Shown: positions 40,647 to 50,643 of the stretch, one piece after another | How positions within the stretch are numbered: the stretch's first letter is position 1 | How the letters are laid out: every line of letters starts with the position of its first letter | Source of the DNA: an uncultured Eubacteriales bacterium | GTDB taxonomy: Bacteria > Bacillota > Clostridia > Lachnospirales > Lachnospiraceae | Direction of reading: 5' to 3' | NCBI GenBank assembly: GCA_900314775.1 | Contig: OMWM01000005.1 | Location: 326-64,325 of the forward strand | DNA: 64,000 nt | Notes under the pieces: model-generated | Told to the model about the DNA's origin: nothing | The model's database searches: none | What the model saw: only the letters and a program-made list of their open reading frames with translations | Translations under genes and position numbers: made by a program

Positions 40647-41774
40647 ATGAAGGAATTACAGAAGAGGGTCTGGGCGGAGATCAGCCTCGGCCATATTGAA
40701 CATAATCTTGCGCAGCTGCGCCGGTGGGTGCCGGAAGGCTGCCGCTGCATGGGCGTTGTCAAGGCAGATGCCTACGGCCATGGAAGCACGCAGGTGGCGC
40801 ATACGCTGGAGCAGGCCGGCGCGGATTATCTGGGCGTCTACTGCCTGGATGAGGCGGCGGCGCTGCGCCTGGACGGCATTACGATGCCGATCATGATTTT
40901 CGGGCATACGCCGGCGCAGTACATCGGCGATGTACTGGATTTCGGACTGACGCAGACGGTTGCCGATGCAGGCAGTGCAGCGGCCTACGCACAGGCGGCG
41001 AAGGCGGACGGCAGGACGCTCAGAGTGCATATCAAGGTGGACACAGGCCTGACACGCTATGGTTTCTGCGCGACCGGTACGCATTTTGAGGAATGCGTGC
41101 AGCAGGTAGAGGATGTTTGCAGAACAGACGGCCTGGAGGTAGAGGGCATCTACACGCACTTTGCGGTTTCCGATGAGGAAGGCGAATTCAATCATCAGTA
41201 TACACTCGATCAGTATGCGCTTTTCCAGCGCCTGCTTGAGCGCATCGAGGCAGACGGATTCCATATTCCGATCCGCCATTGTTCCAACACGGGAGCGATT
41301 GTGTACTATCCGGAGATGGCGATGGATATGGTGAGAGCCGGCAACGTGCTCTATGACCTGGGCGATGAGGAGGACAGACTCGGCCTGCAGACGACTTTCA
41401 CGCTGAAAGCGAAAATCAGTGCGGTCCGTATGGTGGATGCCGATACCTATATCAGTTACGGGCTGACATATAAGACCAGGCAGCCGGAGCGCATCGGCAT
41501 CGTGGATGCCGGATACGGGGACGGGCTGCCGCGCAGCATTTCCAATCATTTCCGCGTCTGGACGAAGGATGGTTTTGCTGAGCAGCGGGGACGCCTGTGC
41601 ATGGATACCTTCATGGTGGATCTGACGGCGCTGCCGGATGTCGGCGAGGGCGATACGGTTGAGATTTTCGGACCGCATGCGTCGATTCATGAGCTGGCGG
41701 CTGCGGCGAAGACGATTCCGGAGGAATTTTACTGCAGTGTTACCAAGAGGGTACCGAGGATTTATATAAAATAA
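40647..41774 (+). CDS. alr: alanine racemase
   Basis: PLP-lysine motif VVKADAYGHG, 375 aa. Confidence 0.9.
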   Translation: MKELQKRVWAEISLGHIEHNLAQLRRWVPEGCRCMGVVKADAYGHGSTQVAHTLEQAGADYLGVYCLDEAAALRLDGITMPIMIFGHTPAQYIGDVLDFGLTQTVADAGSAAAYAQAAKADGRTLRVHIKVDTGLTRYGFCATGTHFEECVQQVEDVCRTDGLEVEGIYTHFAVSDEEGEFNHQYTLDQYALFQRLLERIEADGFHIPIRHCSNTGAIVYYPEMAMDMVRAGNVLYDLGDEEDRLGLQTTFTLKAKISAVRMVDADTYISYGLTYKTRQPERIGIVDAGYGDGLPRSISNHFRVWTKDGFAEQRGRLCMDTFMVDLTALPDVGEGDTVEIFGPHASIHELAAAAKTIPEEFYCSVTKRVPRIYIK

Positions 41775-41792
41775 CCATACAGGAGAGAGATC

Positions 41793-42878
41793 ATGGCAAA
41801 GATTATTCTTACAGGCGACAGGCCGACAGGCAGACTTCATATAGGACATTACGTGGGTTCGCTCAAGCACCGCGTACAGCTTCAGAATTCCGGCAGATTC
41901 GATCAGATTTTCATTATGATCGCGGATGCGCAGGCACTTACCGACAACTGGGACAACCCGGAGAAGATCCGGCAGAATGTGCTGGAAGTCGCACTGGATT
42001 ATCTTTCTGTCGGCATTGATCCGGAGAAGACGACGATTCTCGTGCAGTCGATGATTCCGGAACTGACGGAACTGACATTTTATTACATGAATCTTGTCAC
42101 TCTTTCCAGACTGGAGCGCAATCCTACCGTCAAGTCAGAGATTCAGATGCGCAATTTCGAGACGAGCATCCCGGTGGGCTTTTTGACCTATCCGATCAGC
42201 CAGACAGCCGATATCACGGCTTTCAATGCGACGACGGTGCCGGCCGGTGAGGACCAGAGCCCGATGGTGGAGCAGGCCCGTGAGATCGTCCGCAAATTCA
42301 ACTCACTTTACGGGGAGACGCTGACCGAGCCGGAGATCATGCTGCCGGACAATAAGGCGAGCATGCGGCTTCCGGGTACGGACGGCAAGGCGAAGATGAG
42401 CAAATCGCTCGGCAACTGCATTTATCTTTCCGATACGGAAGAGGATGTGAAGAAGAAGGTCATGAGCATGTATACCGATCCGAATCACATCAAAGTATCC
42501 GACCCGGGTCAGATCGAGGGCAACACCGTATTTACTTATCTCGATGCGTTCTGCAAGGATGAGTATTTCGCGGAATATCTGCCGGATTATCAGAATCTGG
42601 ACGAGCTCAAGGAACACTACAGAAGGGGCGGCCTCGGCGATGTGAAGGTCAAGAAGTTCCTGAACAAGGTGCTTCAGGAAGAGCTTGCGCCGATCAGAGC
42701 ACGCCGCAGGGAATTCGAGAAGGATATCCCTTATGTCTACGAGGTCCTTAAGAAAGGCACGGAGAAGGCGGAGGAGACGGCAGCGCAGACGCTGCTGCGC
42801 GTAAAGAGAGCGATGAAGATCAATTATTTTGAAGATGAAGCGCTGATCCGCTCTCAGGTCGAGAAATATCAGAAATAA
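41793..42878 (+). CDS. trpS: tryptophan--tRNA ligase
   Basis: Class I HIGH (LHIGHY) and KMSKS motifs, TrpRS-like length and pattern. Confidence 0.9.
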   Translation: MAKIILTGDRPTGRLHIGHYVGSLKHRVQLQNSGRFDQIFIMIADAQALTDNWDNPEKIRQNVLEVALDYLSVGIDPEKTTILVQSMIPELTELTFYYMNLVTLSRLERNPTVKSEIQMRNFETSIPVGFLTYPISQTADITAFNATTVPAGEDQSPMVEQAREIVRKFNSLYGETLTEPEIMLPDNKASMRLPGTDGKAKMSKSLGNCIYLSDTEEDVKKKVMSMYTDPNHIKVSDPGQIEGNTVFTYLDAFCKDEYFAEYLPDYQNLDELKEHYRRGGLGDVKVKKFLNKVLQEELAPIRARRREFEKDIPYVYEVLKKGTEKAEETAAQTLLRVKRAMKINYFEDEALIRSQVEKYQK

Positions 42879-42897
42879 AACAGAATGTTCAGGAAAG

Positions 42898-42944
42898 TCC
42901 TCTTCAGACGGGCGCGGGAGCCTGTCCGGAGAGGGCTTTTTTCT
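42898..42944 (+). terminator. intrinsic terminator after trpS
   Basis: 15-nt arms GTCCTCTTCAGACGG / CTGTCCGGAGAGGGC (mostly paired, some G-U) followed by T6. Confidence 0.75.
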
Positions 42945-42966
42945 TTCCGGGCAATCCGGCGGGATA

Positions 42967-42995
42967 TTGACGGAAAATGAAATTTTCGATATAAT
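42967..42995 (+). promoter_or_regulatory. putative sigma-A promoter of cysE-rrf2 unit
   Basis: TTGACG - 17 nt - TATAAT. Confidence 0.65.
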
Positions 42996-43051
42996 TTCAT
43001 ATATTCACAGTAGGAATATGGGAAATAAAATAACAGGTGAGGGATACAGAT

Positions 43052-43963
43052 ATGATTAAGGATACCATTCGTGATGCGGTGAGTGAGATCACCAATACGT
43101 GTCAGAATGAAGATGTTTTTGTTACCAATGAAGACCAGTCGAGGATGCCGAGCCGCGGCGTGATCATTGGTATTTTAAAGGACCTGCGGCGCATTGTGTT
43201 CCCGGGATATTTCGGCGATGAGAACATTTCCAGTTCGATGCCGGATTATTTCCTGGGCAATATGATGACAGAGGTCTATGAGGCGCTGTGGCAGCAGATT
43301 TATATGGCTTTCCGCTACCGCGATGGCTTTGAGTACTGCGATGAGAAGTACGAATACAGGGCAAAACAGATCAGCGAGCATTTCATCAGCCGCCTTCCGT
43401 ATATTCAGAAGATGATGCTCATGGATGTGCAGGCCGGCTTTGACGGCGACCCGGCGGCACAGAGCAAGGAGGATATCATTTTCTCCTATCCGGGTCTGTT
43501 TGCCATCTATGTCTACCGGATCGCCCATGAGCTGTACGTGCAGAAGGTACCGTTCATACCGCGTATCATGACAGAATATGCACACGGCAAAACCGGTATC
43601 GATATCAATTCCGGCGCCGTGATCGGAAAATATTTCTTCATCGATCACGGTACAGGTATTGTCGTCGGCGAGACCACGGAGATCGGGGATTACGTGAAGC
43701 TCTATCAGGGCGTGACGCTCGGTGCGCTTTCCACGAGAAAAGGACAGCAGCTCGCGGGTGTCAAGCGTCATCCGACGATTCGCGACCATGTGACGATCTA
43801 CGCGAATTCCACGATTCTCGGCGGACAGACGGTAATCGGCGAAGGCGCGGTCATCGGGGGCAACTCGTTTATCACGCAGAGTATTCCGGCACATGCGAAA
43901 GTATCATATAAAACGCCGAAGCTGGATCTGAATTTTGATGAACATTCGGATATCTGGGATTAA
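43052..43963 (+). CDS. cysE: serine O-acetyltransferase (long EpsC-like form)
   Basis: Left-handed beta-helix hexapeptide repeats (GAVIGKYFFIDHGTGIVVGETTEIGD..); ATG 43052 preferred over GTG 43037 by SD spacing. Confidence 0.85.
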   Translation: MIKDTIRDAVSEITNTCQNEDVFVTNEDQSRMPSRGVIIGILKDLRRIVFPGYFGDENISSSMPDYFLGNMMTEVYEALWQQIYMAFRYRDGFEYCDEKYEYRAKQISEHFISRLPYIQKMMLMDVQAGFDGDPAAQSKEDIIFSYPGLFAIYVYRIAHELYVQKVPFIPRIMTEYAHGKTGIDINSGAVIGKYFFIDHGTGIVVGETTEIGDYVKLYQGVTLGALSTRKGQQLAGVKRHPTIRDHVTIYANSTILGGQTVIGEGAVIGGNSFITQSIPAHAKVSYKTPKLDLNFDEHSDIWD

Positions 43964-43975
43964 GGAGATGAGCAG

Positions 43976-44407
43976 ATGAAGATTTCAACAAGGGGACGTT
44001 ATGCACTGCGGATGATGGTGGACATTGCGACACATGACAGCAGCGGTCCGGTGCGGATCAAGGACATTGCGGCCCGTCAGCAGATTTCCGTAAAATATCT
44101 GGAGCAGATTGTATCGATTCTTACCAAAGCAGGGTATGTCACGAGTGTGCGCGGCCCGCAGGGCGGCTACCGCCTGGCACGCCGGCCGGAAAATTACACG
44201 GTCGGGGATATTCTCCGGCTGACCGAGGGCGACCTGTCCCCGGTTGCCTGCGTGACGGATGAGGCAAGCTGCCCGATGTCGGAGGAATGCGTGACAATTC
44301 GGTTATGGCGGGAGCTGGATGAGGCGATCAACAGCGTGATCGACAAATACACGCTGGACGATCTTGTCGAATGGCAGATCGGCGCGAACGGAGATTACGT
44401 GATCTGA
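43976..44407 (+). CDS. Rrf2-family transcriptional regulator (CymR/IscR-like)
   Basis: MKISTRGRYALRMMVDIA.. winged helix; adjacent to cysE. Confidence 0.85.
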   Translation: MKISTRGRYALRMMVDIATHDSSGPVRIKDIAARQQISVKYLEQIVSILTKAGYVTSVRGPQGGYRLARRPENYTVGDILRLTEGDLSPVACVTDEASCPMSEECVTIRLWRELDEAINSVIDKYTLDDLVEWQIGANGDYVI

Positions 44408-44485
44408 GAAATATGCATCTGTTCAAAAGGCTCGTTTTATGGTAGTCTTATACTATCTGAGATATTAAAACGGAGGTAGATTCCT

Positions 44486-45193
44486 GTGGACAGATTTAAG
44501 AGAATAATGCTCAAGCTGAGCGGCGAGGCGCTCGCCGGCGGCAAGGGCTTCGGATTTGATGAGGCAACCTGTCTGGACGTAGCCCGCCAGGTGAAGGAAG
44601 TGGCTGACCGCGGCACGCAGGTGGCGATTGTAACAGGCGGCGGCAATTTCTGGCGCGGACGCGACAGCAGCAAGATCATCGAGAGAACGCATTCCGACCA
44701 GATCGGCATGCTCGGCACTGTCATGAACTGCATCTATGTTTCGGAGATTTTCAGGACGGTTGGCCTGAAGACGAGAGTCTATACACCGTTCGTATGCGGT
44801 ACGATGACAGAGCTTTTTTCCAAAGATAAGGCTGTCCGCGACCTGGAAGAGGGCAGGATCGTTTTCTTTGCCGGAGGAACAGGCCATCCGTATTTTTCAA
44901 CAGATACAGGAACAACGCTGCGTGCGCTGGAGATCGAGGCGGATGCGATATTCCTTGCCAAATCCATAGATGGTATCTATGACAGCGATCCGGCGGTCAA
45001 TCCGAATGCCGTCAGGTACGACAGCGTCAGCATTCAGCAGGTTGTGGACGACCGCCTGCAGGTAGTTGACCTGACATCGGCGATCATGTGCATGGAGCAT
45101 AAGATGCCGATGGTCGTTTTCGGCCTGAATGAGAAGGACAGCATTGTGAATGCATTATATGGCGAATTCAAAGGTACGTATGTTACCGTTTGA
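44486..45193 (+). CDS. pyrH: UMP kinase
   Basis: ILKLSGEAL.. amino-acid kinase fold, GGGNFWRG motif; GTG start after GGAGG. Confidence 0.95.
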   Translation: MDRFKRIMLKLSGEALAGGKGFGFDEATCLDVARQVKEVADRGTQVAIVTGGGNFWRGRDSSKIIERTHSDQIGMLGTVMNCIYVSEIFRTVGLKTRVYTPFVCGTMTELFSKDKAVRDLEEGRIVFFAGGTGHPYFSTDTGTTLRALEIEADAIFLAKSIDGIYDSDPAVNPNAVRYDSVSIQQVVDDRLQVVDLTSAIMCMEHKMPMVVFGLNEKDSIVNALYGEFKGTYVTV

Positions 45194-45214
45194 AAATAAA
45201 CGGAGGATTTTATT

Positions 45215-45772
45215 ATGAGCAACGAAAAACTCAACAGTTATGAAGAGAGGATGAAAAAGTCTCTGCAGTCATTGGAATCGGAATATCAGACAATTCGTGC
45301 AGGACGTGCCAATCCGCATCTTCTGGACAGAATCAAGGTTGATTATTACGGAGCACCGACACCGCTCCAGCAGATCGGCAATATCACAGTACCGGAGGCA
45401 AGAGTGCTGATGATTCAGCCGTGGGAGCCGAAGATGCTCAAGCAGATTGAGAAGGCGATTCTTGCATCGGATATCGGTATTACGCCGAACAATGACGGCA
45501 AGGCAGTGCGCCTCGTTTTCCCGGAACTGACAGAGGAGAGAAGAAAGGAACTCGCCAAGGACGTCAAGAAGAAGGGCGAAGGCGCCAAGGTTGCGGTCAG
45601 GAATATCCGCCGCGACGGCAATAACGATATAAAGAAGGCAGAGAAGAACAAGGAGATTTCAGAGGACGAACAGGCTGAGCTTGAGGAAGATCTTCAGAAG
45701 CTGACCGATAAGTACATCAAAGAGGTGGACAAGGCAGTGGAAGAGAAGACGAAAGAGATCATGACTGTCTGA
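45215..45772 (+). CDS. frr: ribosome recycling factor
   Basis: 185-aa ORF with RRF pattern (..[12 protein letters not shown]..). Confidence 0.95.
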   Translation: MSNEKLNSYEERMKKSLQSLESEYQTIRAGRANPHLLDRIKVDYYGAPTPLQQIGNITVPEARVLMIQPWEPKMLKQIEKAILASDIGITPNNDGKAVRLVFPELTEERRKELAKDVKKKGEGAKVAVRNIRRDGNNDIKKAEKNKEISEDEQAELEEDLQKLTDKYIKEVDKAVEEKTKEIMTV

Positions 45773-45788
45773 CACAATGCGGCTTTGG

Positions 45789-45819
45789 GGGCTGTCGCAT
45801 AAGCGGCAGCCCTTTGTTT
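45789..45819 (+). terminator. intrinsic terminator after frr
   Basis: 10-bp stem GGGCTGTCGC / GCGGCAGCCC, ATAA loop, TTTGTTT tail. Confidence 0.75.
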
Positions 45820-45832
45820 GAGGACTTGAATT

Positions 45833-46540
45833 ATGGAGAAAATGATAGATGGCGAACTGCTGAATGTGCCGGAGCATGTGGCGATTATCATGGACGGCAA
45901 CGGAAGGTGGGCTACCCGGCAGGGGAAGAAGCGCACCGCCGGACACTACAGGGGAGCCGAGGTGGTTGAGACAATCTGCGAAGACGCGTGGAATCTGGGG
46001 ATAAAGTATCTGACAGTTTACGCTTTTTCAACAGAGAACTGGAAGAGACCGCAGGCAGAGGTCAGCACGCTGATGCATCTGTTTTACCGGTATCTTGTGG
46101 ATTATCTCGACAAATTCATGAAACAGAACATGCGCGTACGGATCATCGGCGACCGCAGCGGCCTCAGCGCGAAAATCAATGAGGCAATCACCAATCTGGA
46201 GAAGAAGTCAGCCGGCAACACGGGCCTGAATTTCACCATTGCGATGAACTACGGCGGCCGGGACGAGATTGTGCGCGCCGTCAACCGTCTGCTTGCCGAC
46301 GGCGTCACCAGCGTGGATGAGGCAGCACTGCAGTCCTACCTGGACACAGCGGAGATCCCCGATCCGAATCTGGTTATCCGCACAAGCGGAGAAGAGAGAG
46401 TTTCCAACTTCCTGCTCTGGCAGACGGCGTATTCCGAGTTTTATTTCACGCCGGTACTCTGGCCGGATTTTACGCGCAGCGACCTGATTGATGCTGTGCG
46501 GGCGTATTCCAGCCGCAACAGGCGTTACGGAGGTATCTGA
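45833..46540 (+). CDS. uppS: isoprenyl transferase (undecaprenyl diphosphate synthase)
   Basis: HVAIIMDGNGRWA and RTSGEERVSNFLLWQ motifs. Confidence 0.95.
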   Translation: MEKMIDGELLNVPEHVAIIMDGNGRWATRQGKKRTAGHYRGAEVVETICEDAWNLGIKYLTVYAFSTENWKRPQAEVSTLMHLFYRYLVDYLDKFMKQNMRVRIIGDRSGLSAKINEAITNLEKKSAGNTGLNFTIAMNYGGRDEIVRAVNRLLADGVTSVDEAALQSYLDTAEIPDPNLVIRTSGEERVSNFLLWQTAYSEFYFTPVLWPDFTRSDLIDAVRAYSSRNRRYGGI

Positions 46541-46542
46541 GC

Positions 46543-47346
46543 ATGTTTAAAACCAGATTGATCAGCGGCGTGGTGATTCTGGGCCTGGCCATTCTTTTCA
46601 TGGTGCTTGGCGGCCTCCCGCTGTATATTTTTGTATTTGCCATTTCCATGATCGGACTCTATGAGTTTTATCATGCCAATCATATTCAGGACAAACTGAC
46701 GGGCATTCTGGGCTATATCGGCGGCGCGGTTTATCTGCTGATGCTGCGGACCAGCTATGACAACGCGCCCCTGATGGGTATCGCACTGGCGACGCTTCTG
46801 ATCATGGCAGGCTATGTGATTACTTTTCCGAAGCAGAAGATGAACGAGGTCATGTACGCGATCGCAGGTATTTCCTATGTCTGCGTGCTGATGTCTTTTA
46901 TCTATCTCGTGCGGATCCGCCCGACAGGACTTGCGCTCGTACCGCTTATTTTCGTGAGTGCGTGGGGCAATGATACCTGTGCTTACTGCGTGGGCATGCT
47001 GATCGGCAAGAAGAAGATTTTCCCGGAGCTGAGCCCGAAGAAGAGTCTTGAAGGCCTGATCGGCGGTATTGTCGGCGCGGCGGTTCTGGGACTGCTGTAC
47101 GGACTGCTGTTCGGCAGTGATCTGACAGAATTTTCAAATCCGCTGATTGCCTGCACCGTCATCGGCGGTGTCGGCGCTGTTCCGGCTATTATAGGCGATC
47201 TGGCCGCATCGGCGGTCAAGCGTAATACAGGCATCAAGGACTACGGCAACCTGATCCCGGGCCACGGCGGCATTATGGATCGGTTTGACAGTATTCTTTT
47301 TACAGCTCCGGCGGTCTATATTCTGGCGGTGCTGTTCGGTGCATGA
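46543..47346 (+). CDS. cdsA: phosphatidate cytidylyltransferase
   Basis: 267-aa polytopic membrane protein with C-terminal CDS signature (SAVKRNTGIKDYGNLIPGHGGIMDRFDS). Confidence 0.9.
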   Translation: MFKTRLISGVVILGLAILFMVLGGLPLYIFVFAISMIGLYEFYHANHIQDKLTGILGYIGGAVYLLMLRTSYDNAPLMGIALATLLIMAGYVITFPKQKMNEVMYAIAGISYVCVLMSFIYLVRIRPTGLALVPLIFVSAWGNDTCAYCVGMLIGKKKIFPELSPKKSLEGLIGGIVGAAVLGLLYGLLFGSDLTEFSNPLIACTVIGGVGAVPAIIGDLAASAVKRNTGIKDYGNLIPGHGGIMDRFDSILFTAPAVYILAVLFGA

Positions 47347-47358
47347 TTGGGGGACCTG

Positions 47359-48504
47359 ATGAAAAATATTGCGATTCTGGGGTCGACCGGTTCCATAGGA
47401 ACACAGACCCTGGATGTGATTTCACGTACAGAGGATTTTAAGGTGACGGCGCTCTGCGCGGGAAGCAATGCCGGACTGCTCGAGAAGCAGATCCGGCGTT
47501 TTCACCCGCAGGTGGCCGTCCTCTATGATAAAGAGCGCGCGCGGCAGCTGGCTTCGGCCGTATCCGATCTGCCGGTGCGTGTGCTCAGCGGCATGGACGG
47601 ACTCGTCGAGGCAGCCGGCCTTCCGGAGACAGATGTCGTGGTGACGGCGGTAGTCGGCATGATCGGTATCCGCCCAACGATGGCGGCGATCAAAGCAGGC
47701 AAGGATATCGCGCTGGCGAATAAGGAGACGCTGGTGACGGCCGGCCATCTGATTACCCGGATGGCGGCGGAGCACGGCGTCCGCATTCTGCCGGTGGACA
47801 GCGAGCATTCGGCCATATTTCAGTCACTGCAGGGGCAGCATTACAGGAAAATCCATAAGATCCTGCTGACGGCATCCGGCGGTCCTTTCCGCGGCATGAA
47901 GCGGAAGGATCTGGAGAAGGTGACCGTGAAGGAAGCCCTGCAGAATCCGAACTGGGATATGGGCCCGAAGATCACGGTCGATTCCGCCAGCATGGTCAAC
48001 AAAGGTCTTGAGGTCATCGAGGCAAGGTGGCTTTTTGATGCGGCGCCGGAGCAGATACAGATTGTCGTGCATCCGGAGAGTGTGCTGCATTCTGCTGTGG
48101 AATTCGAGGATCACGCGGTGATCGGGCAGATGGGTCCGCCGGATATGCGGATCCCGATACAGTACGCGCTGTATTATCCGCAGCGGTATCCGCTCGATGT
48201 GCAGCCGCTTGACCTTTTTCAGACGGCGCAGCTTCATTTTGAAGCACCGGATCTGGATACCTTCCGCGGACCTGCCTTTGCCTATGAAGCGCTCAGGGCG
48301 GGCGGCAGCATGCCGACGGTGCTGAATGCGGCCAATGAGAAGGCGGTGGCGCTGTTTCTTGCCGGAAAGATCCGTTTTCTTGAAATCTATGATATTATTG
48401 CAGAGTGCATGGCGGCGCATACCGTCATTCCGGATCCGGATCTGCAGGATATTCTGAATACGGAAGAGAAGACCTATCATTTTATTCAGAACAGGTGGAA
48501 ATAG
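47359..48504 (+). CDS. dxr: 1-deoxy-D-xylulose 5-phosphate reductoisomerase
   Basis: NADPH motif ILGSTGSIG, Dxr core; ATG 47359 preferred to ORF-track TTG 47347. Confidence 0.95.
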   Translation: MKNIAILGSTGSIGTQTLDVISRTEDFKVTALCAGSNAGLLEKQIRRFHPQVAVLYDKERARQLASAVSDLPVRVLSGMDGLVEAAGLPETDVVVTAVVGMIGIRPTMAAIKAGKDIALANKETLVTAGHLITRMAAEHGVRILPVDSEHSAIFQSLQGQHYRKIHKILLTASGGPFRGMKRKDLEKVTVKEALQNPNWDMGPKITVDSASMVNKGLEVIEARWLFDAAPEQIQIVVHPESVLHSAVEFEDHAVIGQMGPPDMRIPIQYALYYPQRYPLDVQPLDLFQTAQLHFEAPDLDTFRGPAFAYEALRAGGSMPTVLNAANEKAVALFLAGKIRFLEIYDIIAECMAAHTVIPDPDLQDILNTEEKTYHFIQNRWK

Positions 48505-48507
48505 AGC

Positions 48508-49551
48508 TTGAGCATTATTGTAGCGATACTTGTCTTCGGGGCCATAGTCCTTTTTCATGAATACGGCCATTTTATCGTGGCGCGGAAAAACGGCATTATT
48601 GTCGATGAATTCATGATCGGCTTCGGCCCGAAGATTGTGGGATTTAAACGAGGAGATACAACATATTCGATCAGGATTCTGCCCCTTGGCGGAGCCTGCA
48701 TGATGCGTGGGGAGGATGAGGATGACCCGGACGCACCGCCGGAACCGGGTTCTTTCAACTCGAAGTCTGTCTGGGCGCGGATGGCCGTGATCTTTGCAGG
48801 CCCTTTTTTCAATTTTATCATGGCGTTTGTCTGCGCGGCGATTATCCTGAGCATCAGCGGCTATACGTCGGGCGGCATCCTCGAAGTACAGGAGGATTCG
48901 CCGGCGGCCGAGGCAGGGCTGGAGAGCGGCGATGTCATCACGAAGGTTGATTCAACGCGCGTGGTTACTTTCTCGGATTTCAGCATGTACGTTGCCCTGA
49001 GCAGCGGAAAGGACCTGGACGTCACCTATGAGAGGGGCGGCGAGAAGTATGAGACGACCATAACACCGGAGCTGACAGACGACGGCGTGTACCGGATCGG
49101 CATTGTCGGCGGTGTCGTGGTAAAGCCGGGTCCGCTGGGCGTCCTCGGGATGAGTTTCCACGAAGTGGGGGCCAATATCCGGCTCGTGTACCGGAGCCTG
49201 GAACTGATGATCAGCGGCAAGGTCAGTAAAAATGATATTTCCGGTCCGGTCGGCATGTTTCAGATTATCGGCGAATCTTACAGCGAGGCGGCGCAGTACG
49301 GCGCGGTGGCCGTGATTCTCACGATCTCGAATCTGATCCTGCTGCTGTCTGCGAACCTGGGTGTCATGAATCTCCTGCCGATTCCGGCGCTGGACGGCGG
49401 GCGGCTCGTTTTTCTTGTGATCGAGGCGATCCGGGGCAAACCGGTGCCGCGCGAGATGGAAGGACGGGTTCATTTCATCGGCTTCGTGTGTCTGATGATA
49501 CTGATGGTACTGATCATGTACAATGATTTTGCGCGAATTTTCGGCTTTTGA
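48508..49551 (+). CDS. rseP: RIP zinc metalloprotease RseP
   Basis: HEYGHF (HExxH) in TM1, PDZ domain, LDGG motif near the C-terminus. Confidence 0.9.
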   Translation: MSIIVAILVFGAIVLFHEYGHFIVARKNGIIVDEFMIGFGPKIVGFKRGDTTYSIRILPLGGACMMRGEDEDDPDAPPEPGSFNSKSVWARMAVIFAGPFFNFIMAFVCAAIILSISGYTSGGILEVQEDSPAAEAGLESGDVITKVDSTRVVTFSDFSMYVALSSGKDLDVTYERGGEKYETTITPELTDDGVYRIGIVGGVVVKPGPLGVLGMSFHEVGANIRLVYRSLELMISGKVSKNDISGPVGMFQIIGESYSEAAQYGAVAVILTISNLILLLSANLGVMNLLPIPALDGGRLVFLVIEAIRGKPVPREMEGRVHFIGFVCLMILMVLIMYNDFARIFGF

Positions 49552-49560
49552 TTTTCGGAG

Positions 49561-50643
49561 GTGGATGCGGTGTTCTGCAGAAGAGAAGACACCAGAACAG
49601 TTAAAATCGGCAATGTGACGATCGGCGGAGACAATCCGGTTGCCATACAGTCCATGTGCAATACAAAGACGGAAGATGTCAAGGCGACAGCAGCACAGAT
49701 CCTGCAGCTGGAGGCGGCAGGCTGTGATATCATCCGTGTGGCCGTGCCGACCATGGAGGCAGCACAGGCCCTGACTGAAATAAAGAAACAGATCCATATA
49801 CCGCTGGTGGCGGATATACATTTTGATTACCGCCTTGCGATCGCAGCCATCGAGCATGGCGCCGACAAGGTCCGGATCAATCCGGGCAACATCGGTTCCG
49901 AGGAGAGAGTTCGTGCCGTGGTCGAGAAGGCAAAGGAATACGGCGTGCCGATCCGTGTCGGCGTAAACAGCGGCTCTCTTGAGAAACCGCTGATTGAAAA
50001 ATACGGCGGACATGTCACCGCGGAAGGACTCGTGGAGAGTGCGCTGGACAAGGCGGCCATGCTCGAGAAGATGGATTTTCACGACATTGTGATCAGCATC
50101 AAATCCTCGGATGTCCTGATGTGCGTAAAGGCGCATGAGCTGCTGGCTCAGCGCGCGGATTATCCGCTGCACATCGGTATCACCGAGGCAGGCACCCTGA
50201 TTTCCGGCAACATCAAATCGGCGGCCGGCCTTGGCATCATGCTTCACGAAGGCCTTGGCAATACCATCCGCGTTTCTCTGACCGGCGATCCGGTGGAAGA
50301 GGTTAAATCCGCGAAGATTCTGCTGCGGACACTCGGTCTTCGAAAGGGCGGCATCGAGGTTGTATCCTGTCCGACCTGCGGCAGGACGAAGATCGATCTG
50401 ATCGGCCTTGCCAATCAGGTGGAGAATATGGTGCAGAGCTACGATCTTGATATCAAGGTCGCGGTTATGGGATGTGTCGTAAATGGCCCGGGCGAGGCGC
50501 GGGAAGCGGATATCGGCATCGCAGGCGGCGACGGAGAAGGCGTGCTGATCAAAAAGGGCGAGGTCATCAGGAAGCTGCCGGAAGACCAGCTTCTGGAAGC
50601 ACTGCGCCAGGAACTTGATCACTGGAACGATCAGGAGGTTTGA
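49561..50643 (+). CDS. ispG: 4-hydroxy-3-methylbut-2-en-1-yl diphosphate synthase
   Basis: IspG TIM-barrel and 4Fe-4S domain ([16 protein letters not shown]); start among GTG 49561, ATG 49564, GTG 49570 unresolved. Confidence 0.9.
   Translation: MDAVFCRREDTRTVKIGNVTIGGDNPVAIQSMCNTKTEDVKATAAQILQLEAAGCDIIRVAVPTMEAAQALTEIKKQIHIPLVADIHFDYRLAIAAIEHGADKVRINPGNIGSEERVRAVVEKAKEYGVPIRVGVNSGSLEKPLIEKYGGHVTAEGLVESALDKAAMLEKMDFHDIVISIKSSDVLMCVKAHELLAQRADYPLHIGITEAGTLISGNIKSAAGLGIMLHEGLGNTIRVSLTGDPVEEVKSAKILLRTLGLRKGGIEVVSCPTCGRTKIDLIGLANQVENMVQSYDLDIKVAVMGCVVNGPGEAREADIGIAGGDGEGVLIKKGEVIRKLPEDQLLEALRQELDHWNDQEV

Noticed and set aside
42945-43051. Looked for T-box or other riboswitch leaders upstream of cysE (and in the 18-nt gap before trpS, 41775..41792)
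   Set aside because: The leaders are far too short (about 55 nt and 18 nt) and lack specifier, T-box or terminator-antiterminator elements. Only a plain promoter is visible.
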